A DNA stretch of 64,000 nt from Balanoglossus misakiensis (taxonomy: Eukaryota; Animalia; Hemichordata), in the NCBI GenBank assembly GCA_040954595.2, contig CM082590.2:5580001-5644000 (forward strand). The letters are read 5' to 3'. The notes under the pieces were generated by a model. That model worked only from the letters and a program-made list of their open reading frames with translations. It was not told the DNA's origin and searched no databases. How positions within the stretch are numbered: position 1 is the first letter of the stretch; every line of letters starts with the position of its first letter. A program made the translations under genes and the position numbers. Below, one piece after another: positions 35,350 to 49,273 of the stretch.

Positions 35350-36195
35350 GCCTATGGACACATCACATGGACATGGACACAGAATACCAGAGTTGTTATA
35401 ATTTGTCTGATCACAATATGTCTATAGACACATCACGTACATGGACATGAATGCAAGAATGGACACAGATCATTTATGAAGTCAATGTGAACAACTTCAC
35501 TTGAAGTCAGTAAATTGTAAACAGAATACAAGAGTTGTAATAATTTGTCTGATCACAATATGTCTATAGACACATCACGTCCATGGACATGAATGCTTGA
35601 ATGGACACAGATCATTTATGAAGTCAATGTGAACAACTTTACTTGAAGTACATTGTAAACAGAATACCAGAGTTGTAATAATTTGTCTGATCACAATATG
35701 TCTATAGACATATCACGTACATGGACATGAATGCAAGAATGGACACAGATCATTTATGAAGTCAATGTGAACAACTTTACTTGAAGTCAGTACATTGTAA
35801 ACAGAATACCAGAGTTGTAATAATTTGTCTGGTCACAATATGTCTATAGACACATCACGTACATGGACATGAATGCAAGAATGGACACAGATCATTTATG
35901 AAGTCAATGTGAACAACTTTACTTGAAGTACATTGTAAACAGAATACCAGAGTTGTAATAATTTGTCTGATCACAATATGTCTATAGACACATCACCTAC
36001 ATGGACATGAATGCAAGAATGGACACAGATCATTTATGAAGTCAATATGAACAACTTTACTTGAAGACAGTACATTGTAAACAGAATACCAGAGTTGTAA
36101 TAATTTGTCTGATCACAATATGTCTATAGACACATCACGTACATGGACATGAATGCAAAAATGGACACATCATTTAAAAAGTCAATGTGAATAAC
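35350..36195. repeat. Tandem repeat of alternating 142/138-bp units (about 6 copies) just after the ROCO stop codon
   Basis: ACAGAATAC(C/A)AGAGTTG at about 35379, 35521, 35659, 35801, 35939 and 36081. Confidence 0.93.
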
Positions 36196-36540
36196 TTAAA
36201 GTGCCTAGCTCGTCTCACACGCATGCGCGTAACTTCCCTTCGCGACAGTTTTCTCTGTGCACAGCCAGACAATGTTCAGCAAATTTTCTGTTTGATGCAT
36301 TCAAATAGTGGACTGTCTTGGCTTCCTTCCATATTTCATGCGCACCGTATAAGTAGATTCTGGTTTTGTCCCTCCTTTTCACCCAAGCTAGTGTCTTTTC
36401 ACGATCTCCGACACAGATTATGGTCGCCGCCATCTTCTCTGTTGTTAGGACAGAGCACTGCCTTGTGGGACTGTTCACTAAACGTCTGTAACCGGTGGCT
36501 ACAGCTGGAACGTGTGTGTCAGACGAGCTAGGCGCTTTAA
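36196..36540. mobile_element. TTAA-flanked MITE (second copy 52464-52772)
   Basis: TTAA-AGTGCCTAGCTCGTCT...AGACGAGCTAGGCGCT-TTAA. Purine-rich 5' termini with a TTAA duplication are typical of Kolobok. Confidence 0.8.
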
Positions 36541-36731
36541 ATTAATTCCTTTATTGACATATATATCTGAAAGAATCTCTGCAAATTAAAAGGAAATACT
36601 AGTATGTTTTTTATTGTCGAATGCTTTCTTTCTAGCAAAATATCTATCCACAAATTTCATAAACACAATAGTTTAACATCATAGTTTTGTTTTGGGTTTG
36701 TGTTTTTTGCGGAGAGGGGTTGATTTTGGTA

Positions 36732-38217
36732 TTTAGGGCCCAAGCGCGCGCAAGCGCTTGGGCCCTATTGGTTTCGTTGGAATTTTTCTTTCTTTCTTTC
36801 TTTCTTTATTCTTGTGTCAATTCTTTGGGCAACGAGATCTCAGACACCGCTGCAGGTACACTTCTCAAACTTGCTACTGTGGTCAAGGTCAATGAGTATA
36901 TGTGCAGTGACTTGTGAATACTTAATTAGTCACGTGACCTGGCGGCCATATTGGATTTTCTGAAAAAAATCAAATCTCAGATCTCAGAAACTACAAGTCA
37001 GATCGACTTCAAATTTGGCATGCAGGTAGACTACCTTCTACCCATCATTTTTGTAATTGGAAATTTTGCTGTCAATGTTGCAGTTTTTTTGCTACAATTT
37101 TTTTTCTGAAATCTGGCTTAAATTTCAAAAATCTTCTTCTCCAGAACCGGTGATAACCGAGACATGGGGTTTGCAGTATGTGGTCACCTAACTGATGTCT
37201 ATCAAGTTTGCGAAGATCATTGTGATTGGTCGAAGATTATGGCGGCCATATTGGATTTTCGAAAAACTATAGTTAAACTCCAAAAATCTTCTTCTCCAGA
37301 ACGGGCGATGACTGAGTCGCAAGATTCGGGGAGTATGGTCACTACACTGATGTCTATCAAGTTTGCAAAGAGCATTGTGATTGGTCGAAGATTATGGCGG
37401 CCATATTGGATTTTGTAAAAAGCAGTGAAAAATTGAAATTCCTTTTTCTAGTCTAAAAATTGATAGCATACAAATTCTTTTTATGGATATCAATCGTCAT
37501 GTGACTAAAATATGTAACAATTTTTGGGGGATTTTTCACATGACCTTTGACCTACTTATCACGCATTATTATTTCTGCATATCTAATTCCAGGCTAACCT
37601 ATAGGGCTAGACATTTGGTTTTTGATGAATGTGGATTAGTGTGTGATCAAAATATTTTGCTACTTTTCATGACCCCTTTGACCTCTGCTGACCTCATTAA
37701 TTATGTGCATAGCTAATTACAGGCGAACCAATAGAGCTAGAGGTTTGGTTTTTGTTGGACATGGACCAGTATGGGATCAACATTTTTTGCCCAAATGTTG
37801 GGTGACCTCTGGTGACCTTTGACCTACTTTCGCATATCTCAGCATCCAGAGCAGATACAGCCATGGCATTTGGTAGGATGGGACCAAAATGTAAAGCCAC
37901 ATTTTTGGGTCACCTGTGACACCTGCTGACCTCATTAAATATGCACATACCTAATTACAGGCGAACCAATAGAGCTAGAGTTTTGGTTTTTGTTGGACAT
38001 GGACCAGTATGGGTAAAAAAAAAATTGCCCAAATGTTGGGTGACCTTAGGTGACCTTTCACATACTTTACCCTATTTCAGCAGCAAAAATACACACATCC
38101 TTGTTATGTCATGAGATAATACATCCGATAGAAAATTCTGTTTCTTCTCATTCATACTGTGCATATATAATTCAAGATCAGCGCTTGGGCCCAACAATGC
38201 TGCTCGCAGCTTTAATT
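36732..38217 (+). mobile_element. HINE-like element with diverged 241-bp repeats
   Basis: TAGGGCCCAAGCGC..GCGCTTGGGCCCTA hairpin and 3' GCGCTTGGGCCC..GCTGCTCGCAGC. Confidence 0.6.
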
Positions 38218-38397
38218 TTGTTTTATTTCTTTCAATAAATTTCTTGCAACAAATATAAGTATGCTTTTCTTCTTTTCATTTTACAAACGAAATATGGAAT
38301 ACATTACATCTAAAGGAAAAATATTTTTTCTGAAAATCTGTCCGGACGCATAAGTGAACAACCCAGATACAGTGAATGATTATGGCATACCATAGTC

Positions 38398-38753
38398 TTA
38401 AAGGGACAAAGTCTCTCTCTCGCTGCCCTTTTTCCATTTATTATATTTGATACAAGACACCGTTTACATTAAGTCTACATGTGGATATATAGTGAATCAA
38501 CGTTCAACCACACACAACTTCCATCCCACTTGTAGACACGAGAGTGAAAAACTCGCCCAAATGAATAAAAGGTGTTTACCATTTATTCATTTTAGCGTGA
38601 TTTTCACTCTCATATCCTACAAACGGGATGGAAGTTGTGTGTGGTTGAACGCTGATTCACTACGTATTCCCATGTAGAATAACATAAATGGTGTCTTGTG
38701 TCAAACATAATTAATGCAAAAAAGGCAGCGAGAGAGAGACTTTATCCCTTTAA
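38398..38753. mobile_element. Palindromic TTAA-flanked MITE (Kolobok-like); further copies about 51639-51982, 53222-53576, 56028-56502, 60925-61790 and fragments 3398-3754, 60620-60740
   Basis: TTAA-AGGGACAAAGTCTCTCTCTCGCTGCCCTTTTTCCAT... with a long matching inverted end and TTAA. Confidence 0.85.
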
Positions 38754-39380
38754 GGTAAGGTTAGGAAGGTACTGAAGGCAGGATTCTGTGCCTCTATATT
38801 CAGCTTCAAATCAGTCTGTCCTTGGAGTCACTTTGTCGGATCTGATTTGCATGATTTACCCTTACGAAATTTTCTATAGAATTCTACAGATGACTTCTAT
38901 TAATTTTCAACAGAAAATCAATATAATATTATTTTCTATAGAATTATACAGATGATTTCCATTGAACTAGCCGTTAATAGATTTTCTATTGAAAATATTA
39001 CCTAGCATGAAATAAGTGAAAAATTATTTTTAATAGGTTTTAGCATAATTATCATAAAATGACAAAGGAATTTGTAAGATTTGCCCCCATTACGCATATT
39101 TCACTGTGAACAAAGTATATTTTAACAGAAATCCACTGACTCTATTGAATTCTATTGCCATCATCTATAGCGTTCAGAGTAGTTGTATTTCATGGGTTGT
39201 TTTGCCAGAAATTTATCGAGACGTTCTTAAAAGAGTTCACAGAATTTGCGGTGACAACATGGTCCGGTAGGTTGTTCCAAATTGCAGCTGTCCTATTTGT
39301 GAAAAAAATTCTTCTAGTGTTCTGGTGTTTAGTTTTATATTCATGTAGAATTTTGAGAAAAGTGTTGCAATATTATTGTC

Positions 39381-42300
39381 CTATTCCGAGCTGTTGTGAT
39401 TCCTCCCAGCCGAACTAAACTATCGCAAGAAAAGACAAAATGTTCCCTTGTAGTCATAGGAATAAATTATGGCACCTATGAGCCACGGTTGTCTGTAACA
39501 CGCACACAGTACAGAAGGGTACACACACAAAGGCAGTAACGGGAATAAACCATTTCAGTTACAGGGGAACATACTCCTATTCCGAGCTGTAGTGATTCCT
39601 CCCAGCCGAACTAAACTATGGCAAGAAAAGACAAAATGTTCCCTTGTAGTCATAGGAATAAATTATGGCACCTATGAGCCGCGGTTGTCTGTAACACGCA
39701 CACAGTACAGAATTGTACACACACAAAGGCAGTAACGGGATTGAACCATTTCAGTTACAGGGGGACATACTCCTATTCCGAGCTGTAGTGATTCCTCCCA
39801 GCCGAACTAAACTATGGCAAGAAAAGACAAAATATTCCCTTGTAGTCATAGGAATAAATTATGGCACCTATGAGCCGCGGTTGTCTGAAACACGCACACA
39901 GTACAGAATTGTACACACACAAAGGCAGTAACGGGATTGAACCATTTCAGTCACAGGGGAACGTACTCCTATTCCGAGCTGTAGTGATTCCTCCCAGCCG
40001 AACTAAACTATCGCAAGAAAAGACAAAATGTTCCCTTGTAGTCATAGGAATAAATTATGCCACCTATGAGCCACGGTTGTCTGTAACATGCACACAGTAC
40101 AGAAGGGTACACACACAAAGGCAGTAACGGGATTGAACCATTTCAGTTACAGGGGAACGTACTCCTATTCCGAGCTGTAGTGATTCCTCCCAGCCGAACT
40201 AAACTATGGCAAGAAAAGACAAAATGTTCCCTTGTAGTCATAGGAATAAATTATGGCACCTATGAGCCACGGTTGTCTGTATCACGCACACAGTACAGAA
40301 TTGTACACACACAAAGGCAGTAACGGGATTAAACCATTTCAGTTACAGGGGAACGTACTCCTATTCCGAGCTGTAGTGATTCCTCCCAGCCGAACTAAAC
40401 TATGGCAAGAAAAGACAAAATGTTCCCTTGTAGTCATAGGAATAAATTATGGCACCTATGAGCCACGGTTGTCTGTATCACGCACACAGTACAGAATTGT
40501 ACACACACAAAGGCAGTAACGGGATTAAACCATTTCAGTTACAGGGGAACGTACTCCTATTCCGAGCTGTAGTGATTCCTCCCAGCCGAACTAAACTATC
40601 GCAAGAAAAGACAAAATGTTCCCTTGTAGTCATAGGAATAAATTATGCCACCTATGAGCCACGGTTGTCTGTAACATGCACACATTACAGAAGGGTACAC
40701 ACACAAAGGCAGTAATGGGATTAAACCATTTCAGTTACAGGGGGACATACTCCTATTCCGAGCTGTAGTGATTCCTCCCAGCCGAACTAAACTATGGCAA
40801 GAAAAGACAAAATGTTCCCTTGTAGTCATAGGAATAAATTATGGCACCTATGAGCCACGGTTGTCTGTAACATGCACACAGTACAGAAGGGTACACACAC
40901 AAAGGCAGTAACGGGATTGAACCATTTCAGATACAGGGGAACGTACTCCTATTCCGAGCTGTAGTGATTCCTCCCAGCCGAACTAAACTATGGCAAGAAA
41001 AGACAAAATGTTCCCTTGTAGTCATAGGAATAAATTATGGCACCTATGAGCCACGGTTGTCTGTAACACGCACACAGTACAGAAGGGTACACACACAAAG
41101 GCAGTAACGGGAATAAACCATTTCAGTTACAGGGGAACGTACTCCTATTCCGAGCTGTAGTGATTCCTCCCAGCCGAACTAAACTATGGCAAGAAAAGAC
41201 AAAATGTTCCCTTGTAGTCATAGGAATAAATTATGGCACCTATGAGCCGCGGTTGTCTGTAACACGCACACAGTACAGAAGGGTACACACACAAAGGCAG
41301 TAACGGGAATAAACCATTTCAGTTACAGGGGAACGTACTCCTATTCCGAGCTGTAGTGATTCCTCCCAGCCGAACTAAACTATGGCAAGAAAAGACAAAA
41401 TGTTCCCTTGTAGTCATAGGAATAAATTATGGCACCTATGAGCCGCGGTTGTCTGTAACACGCGCACAGTACAGAAGGGTACACACACAAAGGCAGTAAC
41501 GGGATTGCACCATTTCAGTTACAGGGGAACGTACTCCTATTCCGAGCTGTAGTGATTCCTCCCAGCCGAACTAAACTATGGCAAGAAAAGACAAAATGTT
41601 CCCTTGTAGTCATAGGAATAAATTATGGCACCTATGAGCCGCGGTTGTCTGTAACACGCACACAGTACAGAAGGGTACACACACAAAGGCAGTAATGGGA
41701 TTAAACCATTTCAGTTACAGGGGGACATACTCCTATTCCGAGCTGTAGTGATTCCTCCCAGCCGAACTAAACTATGGCAAGAAAAGACAAAATGTTCCCT
41801 TGTAGTCATAGGAATAAATTATGGCACCTATGAGCCACGGTTGTCTGTAACATGCACACAGTACAGAAGGGTACACACACAAAGGCAGTAACGGGATTGA
41901 ACCATTTCAGATACAGGGGAACGTACTCCTATTCCGAGCTGTAGTGATTCCTCCCAGCCGAACTAAACTATGGCAAGAAAAGACAAAATGTTCCCTTGTA
42001 GTCATAGGAATAAATTATGGCACCTATGAGCCACGGTTGTCTGTAACACGCACACAGTACAGAAGGGTACACACACAAAGGCAGTAACGGGAATAAACCA
42101 TTTCAGTTACAGGGGAACGTACTCCTATTCCGAGCTGTAGTGATTCCTCCCAGCCGAACTAAACTATGGCAAGAAAAGACAAAATGTTCCCTTGTAGTCA
42201 TAGGAATAAATTATGGCACCTATGAGCCGCGGTTGTCTGTAACACGCACACAGTACAGAAGGGTACACACACAAAGGCAGTAACGGGAATAAACCATTTC

Positions 42301-43935
42301 AGTTACAGGGGAACGTACTCCTATTCCGAGCTGTAGTGATTCCTCCCAGCCGAACTAAACTATGGCAAGAAAAGACAAAATGTTCCCTTGTAGTCATAGG
42401 AATAAATTATGGCACCTATGAGCCGCGGTTGTCTGTAACACGCGCACAGTACAGAAGGGTACACACACAAAGGCAGTAACGGGATTGCACCATTTCAGTT
42501 ACAGGGGAACGTACTCCTATTCCGAGCTGTAGTGATTCTTCCCAGCCGAACTAAACTATGGCAAGAAAAGACAAAATGTTCCCTTGTAGTCATAGGAATA
42601 AATTATGGCACCTATGAGCCGCGGTTGTCTGTAACACGCACACAGTACAGAAGGGTACACACACAAAGGCAGTAACGGGATTGAACCATTTCAGTTACAG
42701 GGGGACATACTCCTATTCCGAGCTGTAGTGATTCCTCCCAGCCGAACTAAACTATGGCAAGAAAAGACAAAATGTTCCCTTCTAGTCATAGGAATAAATT
42801 ATGGCACCTATGAGCCGCGGTTGTCTGTAACACGCACACAGTACAGAAGGGTACACACACAAAGGCAGTAACGGGATTAAACCATTTCAGTTACAGGGGG
42901 ACATACTCCTATTCCGAGCTGTAGTGATTCCTCCCAGCCGAACTAAACTATCGCAAGAAAAGACAAAATGTTCCCTTGTAGTCATAGGAATAAATTATGC
43001 CACCTATGAGCCACGGTTGTCTGTAACATGCACACATTACAGAAGGGTACACACACAAAGGCAGTAATGGGATTAAACCATTTCAGTTACAGGGGGACAT
43101 ACTCCTATTCCGAGCTGTAGTGATTCCTCCCAGCCGAACTAAACTATGGCAAGAAAAGACAAAATGTTCCCTTGTAGTCATAGGAATAAATTATGCCACC
43201 TATGAGCCACGGTTGTCTGTAACATGCACACAGTACAGAATTGTACACACACAAAGACAGTAACGGGATTAAACCATTTCAGTTACAGGGGAACGTACTC
43301 CTATTCCGAGCTGTAGTGATTCCTCCCAGCCGAACTAAACTATGGCAAGAAAAGACAAAATGTTCCCTTGTAGTCATAGGAATAAATTATGGCACCTATG
43401 AGCCGCGGTTGTCTGTAACACGCACACAGTACAGAAGGGTACACACACAAAGGCAGTAATGGGAATAAACCATTTCAGTTACAGGGGAACGTACTCCTAT
43501 TCCGAGCTGTAGTGATTCCTCCCAGCCGAACTAAACTATGGCAAGAAAAGACAAAATGTTCCCTTGTAGTCATAGGAATAAATTATGGCACCTATGAGCC
43601 GCGGTTGTCTGTAACACGCACACAGTACAGAAGGGTACACACACAAAGGCAGTAACGGGATTGAACCATTTCAGTTACAGGGGAACGTACTCCTATTCCG
43701 AGCTGTAGTGATTCCTCCCAGCCGAACTAAACTATGGCAAGAAAAGACAAAATGTTCCCTTGTAGTCATAGGAATAAATTATGGCACCTATGAGCCGCGG
43801 TTGTCTGTAACACGCACACAGTACAGAAGGGTACACACACAAAGGCAGTAACGGGAATAAACCATTTCAGTTACAGGGGAACGTACTCCTATTCCGAGCT
43901 GTAGTGATAACTCCCAGCCGAACTAAACTATCGCC
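39381..43935. repeat. 196-bp tandem satellite, about 23 copies, between the convergent ROCO and DLGAP genes
   Basis: CTATTCCGAGCTG recurs every 196 bp. Confidence 0.98.
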
Positions 43936-45476
43936 AAAAAATAACGGTCAAGAAAAACATTCCCTTTTAGTCACCTGTTTATTGCACACAAAAATAAACA
44001 CACCCTTGATTACATTACAGCAATACCAGTTACCCAATAAACAAGACATAACTTGTATTTACAAAATACATCATTAATTTAGATAATAATGTTACAATGC
44101 ATATACATGTATAGCAAATACACGGGGGGGGGGGGGGAATTTCATGTGTGAATATATTTATCATTGACCATAATTAACAATGTTATACAAAATTGCATTG
44201 GTATGTACATGTCATTGTGGAGTTACTTTCTATCAGATATAGCATGACAGCCAATCAGGTTTTACTTGTGACCAGACAGCCAATCAGGTTTCATGTATAA
44301 AACCAAACAGCCAATCAGGTTTCATGTATAAAACCAAACAGCCAATCAGGTTTCATGTATAAAACCAAACAGCCAATCAAGTTTCATGCATAAAACCAAA
44401 CAGCCAATCAGGTTTTATTTATTACTTCCCTCACGAATTTGAATTCAAAGTAACACCCTTGATGTGATTGGTCATTATATGGCCTTGCATTGAATTCAAC
44501 TGAATGATGGCTGTGTGAGGGCGCTCCACTTACGAAATGGATGTATGCAAATCTGCATTGAAGCTGTTGCTTGCTGAAGTTACCGGGGGCAACAAGGTCA
44601 TTGAACTGAACTACCGCAACATCTCATTTTCAGGTAGACTGTAATATCAACTGTAATATCAAAGTATTTTGTAAAAATAAAGACACTATGAATATAACAG
44701 CTGACAGTCAATAGGCTACTTTCATGACCCCTGAGTGACCTTACATCCTGGTGAATTGGTGGTATGACATCATCATTCAACATTTACATACAAGATTCAG
44801 ACAATTTTTTGTTCTAGGTTGAGAAATTTGACCGATAGACGAATCAAGCGTTTAAACCCCAAGTGGTAAACTCATACCTGGAAATTGCCAGGATGTAAAG
44901 GTCATAGAGAGGTCATTTCACACTGACATATATGAGCGAACCACTGAGACCATGTTTGAATGCCAAACTTTCAGAATGACACAAGCTGTGAAAAAAAAAT
45001 TCACTTAGAGATAGTAATTACTGGTTACATAGTGGTAATAACTGGTAGAGTGTGGTAAAAGGTAGTTATTTGTCCAGCACATCAGACCAAACTAGTTCCT
45101 GCACAGACCAAAATAGTGAAACAAAAATCAAAAGTTACAACCACTCTTCATGTACACATATGCAAATTTTGCCCTTCTTTTAATTTTCTGCGGATTTTTC
45201 TAGTGGTAACGGTAGTTTTGAGGTAAATAAAAGGGAAACAAAAGTATTCACACAAAAAAGTTTTTTTGACAAGACCAAATTGTCCAGAAGACTTTAAAAT
45301 GGCTAGTATGATGACCCCCTAAGTGACCTTTAAATCCTGGTGTTCTGTTGATATCAGACACTATTCAACGTTACATTAACATCAATATTATTTAACAAGA
45401 AAATTCATTTTTTTTTATAGTTCTGGGATGAGTGTGAGTGCACAAACTCAAACATTATGAATAACTGTCCAAGAGC

Positions 45477-45866
45477 TTAAGGATGTACGCGCAGAACATA
45501 AACTGATAAACAGTGTATGTGTGTCTTTTTCCCATAGGATTATACATTAAGATTTGCTAGAAAGCAAACTTCTACTATTGTCATTTTCACCAAATTTTAC
45601 ACTTAGCTCAGTCCAGTAAATAAAAATTCATTGGTCAAAAAATATCGCGTGGTCACCGCGCTCTATTTTGAGATAAATTTCGTTAAAATTTTTGCCCATA
45701 GACAAACTATTGGTGAAATATGCTGAGTCAGCAGATTTTTTCTATTATCGACTAAATTCATGGCCTTGTGTTTCAGGTTTTCATTATACATACACAGAAG
45801 AATCCAAAAATCAACAATTAAAAAAAAATGACAATACTTTCAATTTTACTGAACGTACATCCTTAA
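45477..45866. mobile_element. TTAA-flanked MITE with GGATGTACG TIRs (fragments about 51035-51219 and 56499-56700)
   Basis: TTAA-GGATGTACG...CGTACATCC-TTAA. Confidence 0.7.
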
Positions 45867-47217
45867 AACTCAAAATGGTCAACTCATATCAACAAAATGC
45901 CAGGATGTAAAGGTCATGTAGGGGTCACGAAAGTGGCCTTTTTGAAAGCAGTGCGACACAGCACGCCAGACCAAAGCTGAAACAGAACACAACTTACAAT
46001 GAGACACAAAAAAAAGATTCTTGTACAAAAAAAATTAACGCTTACAAAAAATGTTTGGAATGAATTCTCTACAGATTTTGGTTGTCCCTCTGGGGTGACA
46101 TCTGATAGCTTTGTCACCCCTACCACCCCTGTTCCTTGTCAAGTGGTTTCAACCACACCATTGACATTACTAGGGTTATACCAATGCCTGATAGTGATGG
46201 GTAAAACAGAAATCACACGTTCCAGACATGATGTTTGATAGTGTCATGAAATAAAAACATGAAACAAAATTTAAAGGTATAGGGTCGCCTTTAGCAAATT
46301 TAGCTACAGTTGCCATGGCAAATTAAGATCTAGCCAATCACAGATTTTCAGTGAGTGGCACATGCAAAAAAAGAGAAACATCATATGTTCTTTAGAACAC
46401 TAAAATACACCAAATCAGCCATATATGGGCATATGTAAATTAGAGGTGACCGTATACCTTTAATGGAAGCACTACAGTTTAGTATCAAAATAACAAGAAT
46501 GTAGTAAACACAGATGGAATTGGACAGACCTATATGTTGGTGGTTTTTAAAAAGCACAACACAAAAATATTTCCGAGGCCAGCTTGTTGAAAACTGGGAT
46601 GATTCTACTATTAACTACAGACTTGGCTGAAAACAGTTTACAAAAAAATGCTAAATAAACTCTATACATGCAAAAAACTGTAAATGAAAAAAAAAATTAA
46701 ATAAACCAATAAGATATCACAATAATTTGATATCAGCTCTTTTCAAGAGAAAATTACATGCTAAACAATTACAATCGAAATAATGTTTTAAACTTGTATC
46801 TTTTTATTCTATTTTATCATTGAAAGTAAATTGTAAATGGGCATTAATTTGCTATGTTTGTCCCACGAGGGCGGTGTTGTGGAGAGCGCCCTCATAAGAC
46901 AAACCTTGGAGACTAATTTGTGTGCACTTCAATGTGATTTTTATTTGTATTTGAATGTAATTTGCATATTTGCTGACTTAGTTTGAATCGGCCATCTTGG
47001 CTTCTTGATTTAACACCACATTTCTGTATCAAAATCTCTGTTAGGCATTTCATCACTATTATTTGGGATTTACTTGGCAGAAAAATGTCCTAGACAATAT
47101 TTCTGATCAAAAAATAATGCAAATATTATGAAGCTTCAACATATTTCATACATCATCATATAATAATTAAAGTGAAGAACTATAAGGATATTTCATATAA
47201 ATGCCACTCTTGTACCG

Positions 47218-47380
47218 TATGTATGTGTGTGTGTGTGTGTGTGTGCACGTGCGTACATGTGTGTATGTATGTATGTATGTATGTATGTATGTATGTATGT
47301 ATGTATGTATGTATGTATGTATGTATGTATGTATGTATTTGTGTATGTACGTATGTATGTATGTACGTACGAATGTATGG
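47218..47380. repeat. (GT)n/(ATGT)n microsatellite (similar tract at 57477-57580)
   Basis: Directly visible. Confidence 0.95.
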
Positions 47381-49273
47381 ATCAACCTATGTACTGGGGT
47401 GTCTGTGTGGCTGTATGTCAGATAATATGTAAAGGTATCAGGGAGTATGAGTGGCAATGATGGTGTTTGGCAACATTGAATGAGTGTGGTTATAAAACAC
47501 AACAAATATTCACATGTCTATAGCTTGAAAAATTCGGTGAAAACATTCAATTTACAATTTATCACAAGTAATATTAAACCATATACTCATATCACCCTGA
47601 TTTTTTTTTTCCAAAAATTTTGTTTATGCGAATGAAATACACAAACACAATGTAAGTGTTGATAATACCGTCAACCTTGCAATAGTTTTTCTTGCCATGG
47701 TAGACATCTTGTTTACAATCTGTTTAAGATGGCATTTAAGGTCTCTCAGACAAACAAGAAATTACTCAGAAACTTATCCTACATTATTGTTACGAATCAA
47801 AACTATCTTCAGACAAACTATTGCAATATACAAATGTTCCTCAATTCTGGCTGTCTTAGATAGGTTTTTGCTTCATGCTAGGGGGTCAAATCACATTATA
47901 ATAATTGCATTCTGGGTAAAAGGTTGACAATTCACTGTAGTAAAAAATAGAAGAAATGATATTTTAACTGAATTTTTTGGTCAAACATTTCTGTCTTTGT
48001 AGTTCACATATTGAAGTCATTCTTTTTCATATTAATTTTCTGATGCAACGTGTAAGAATGCCCAATTATCACTTAAGCTTATGAACTTTCATTTCTTAAA
48101 CTTAGCAAAAATCGGCCATCTTGACATTGTGTCGACCATGTGAAATTCTCATCACTCACCTAGGTAGCAAAAACCTACTTAAGGCAGCTAGAATTACACA
48201 TGGATGTTAGCACACATGGATATTTCATATGTTGGACATTATCGTTTCCACATCGAGGTTCTGAGACAAAACATGGTTAAAGGCACACAGTCGGCCACCA
48301 TTACTGTAGAAAATTGAGATCCAGCCAATCACAGTTTTTTTGCGGGCTGACTCTGTGATCACTTGAAGATCTGGACATGCTCTTTTAACCATAAATGGGC
48401 ATATGTAAATTACAGGTGCTTGTGACTGTATACCTTTAAGCCAGGCAGTATCATTGGATATCTGTACAACTGGTACTGACAAATTGGAAGACAACAGATG
48501 TAATGAGTACACTTTTGTATGCAAATGATATATGTTCATATGCAAACATATACCTTTTTATGCAAATGAATATAGTCATATGCTAATGAGTACATTTTAG
48601 TATGCAAATGATATACTTTTGAATGCAAATGAATATACAATCATATGCTAATGATATACTTTCATATGCAAATAGAATTATCTACAATAAATGCAAAGCT
48701 GACAATAACACTCATCAAAAAAGAGTGATTATTTGGATATAATTACAACAAATTCACACTATTTTTTTTACAGTTATTACAAATTAACTTGCGTTAGGGC
48801 TTTATATCAAAGAGAAATATCATTATCATTGTTATCAATTTTATGAAGACTAAAATCATGCTGAGCTTCCAGACACGACTGTGTCAATATAGGACTTGTT
48901 GCTACGACAACAATGTTACTGATCATTCTGAGGAAAGTCAACATTTGGATATTGCTATGACAACCACGACATATCCAGGTATTTGTACTGTTAGTATATT
49001 TGTTCACATCGGAAAATTTGCAAAATAAATAAACAAATGTTGCAGATATAAACATAATTTTACACCCCATCCCCCAAACAAGCTTCCACCTCAAAATGGA
49101 CATGAAAAGTCAATTTGGGTAATGGCCTTTCCATCCCTTCTCTTGCAATGGAACAGTCCTGGGACCAAACCATATCATTGGGTCAACAGGTCAATTTAAC
49201 TGTAGAATTAGGTCAATGCACTGCACTGGGCTAAACCAATATGTCAAGGAGGGTAGGGTCAGGTATTTCATAG

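Noticed and set aside
39713-43459. Repeated 72-88 aa ORFs in the 196-bp array
   Set aside because: The unit length is not a multiple of 3, so the frames are sporadic satellite translations.
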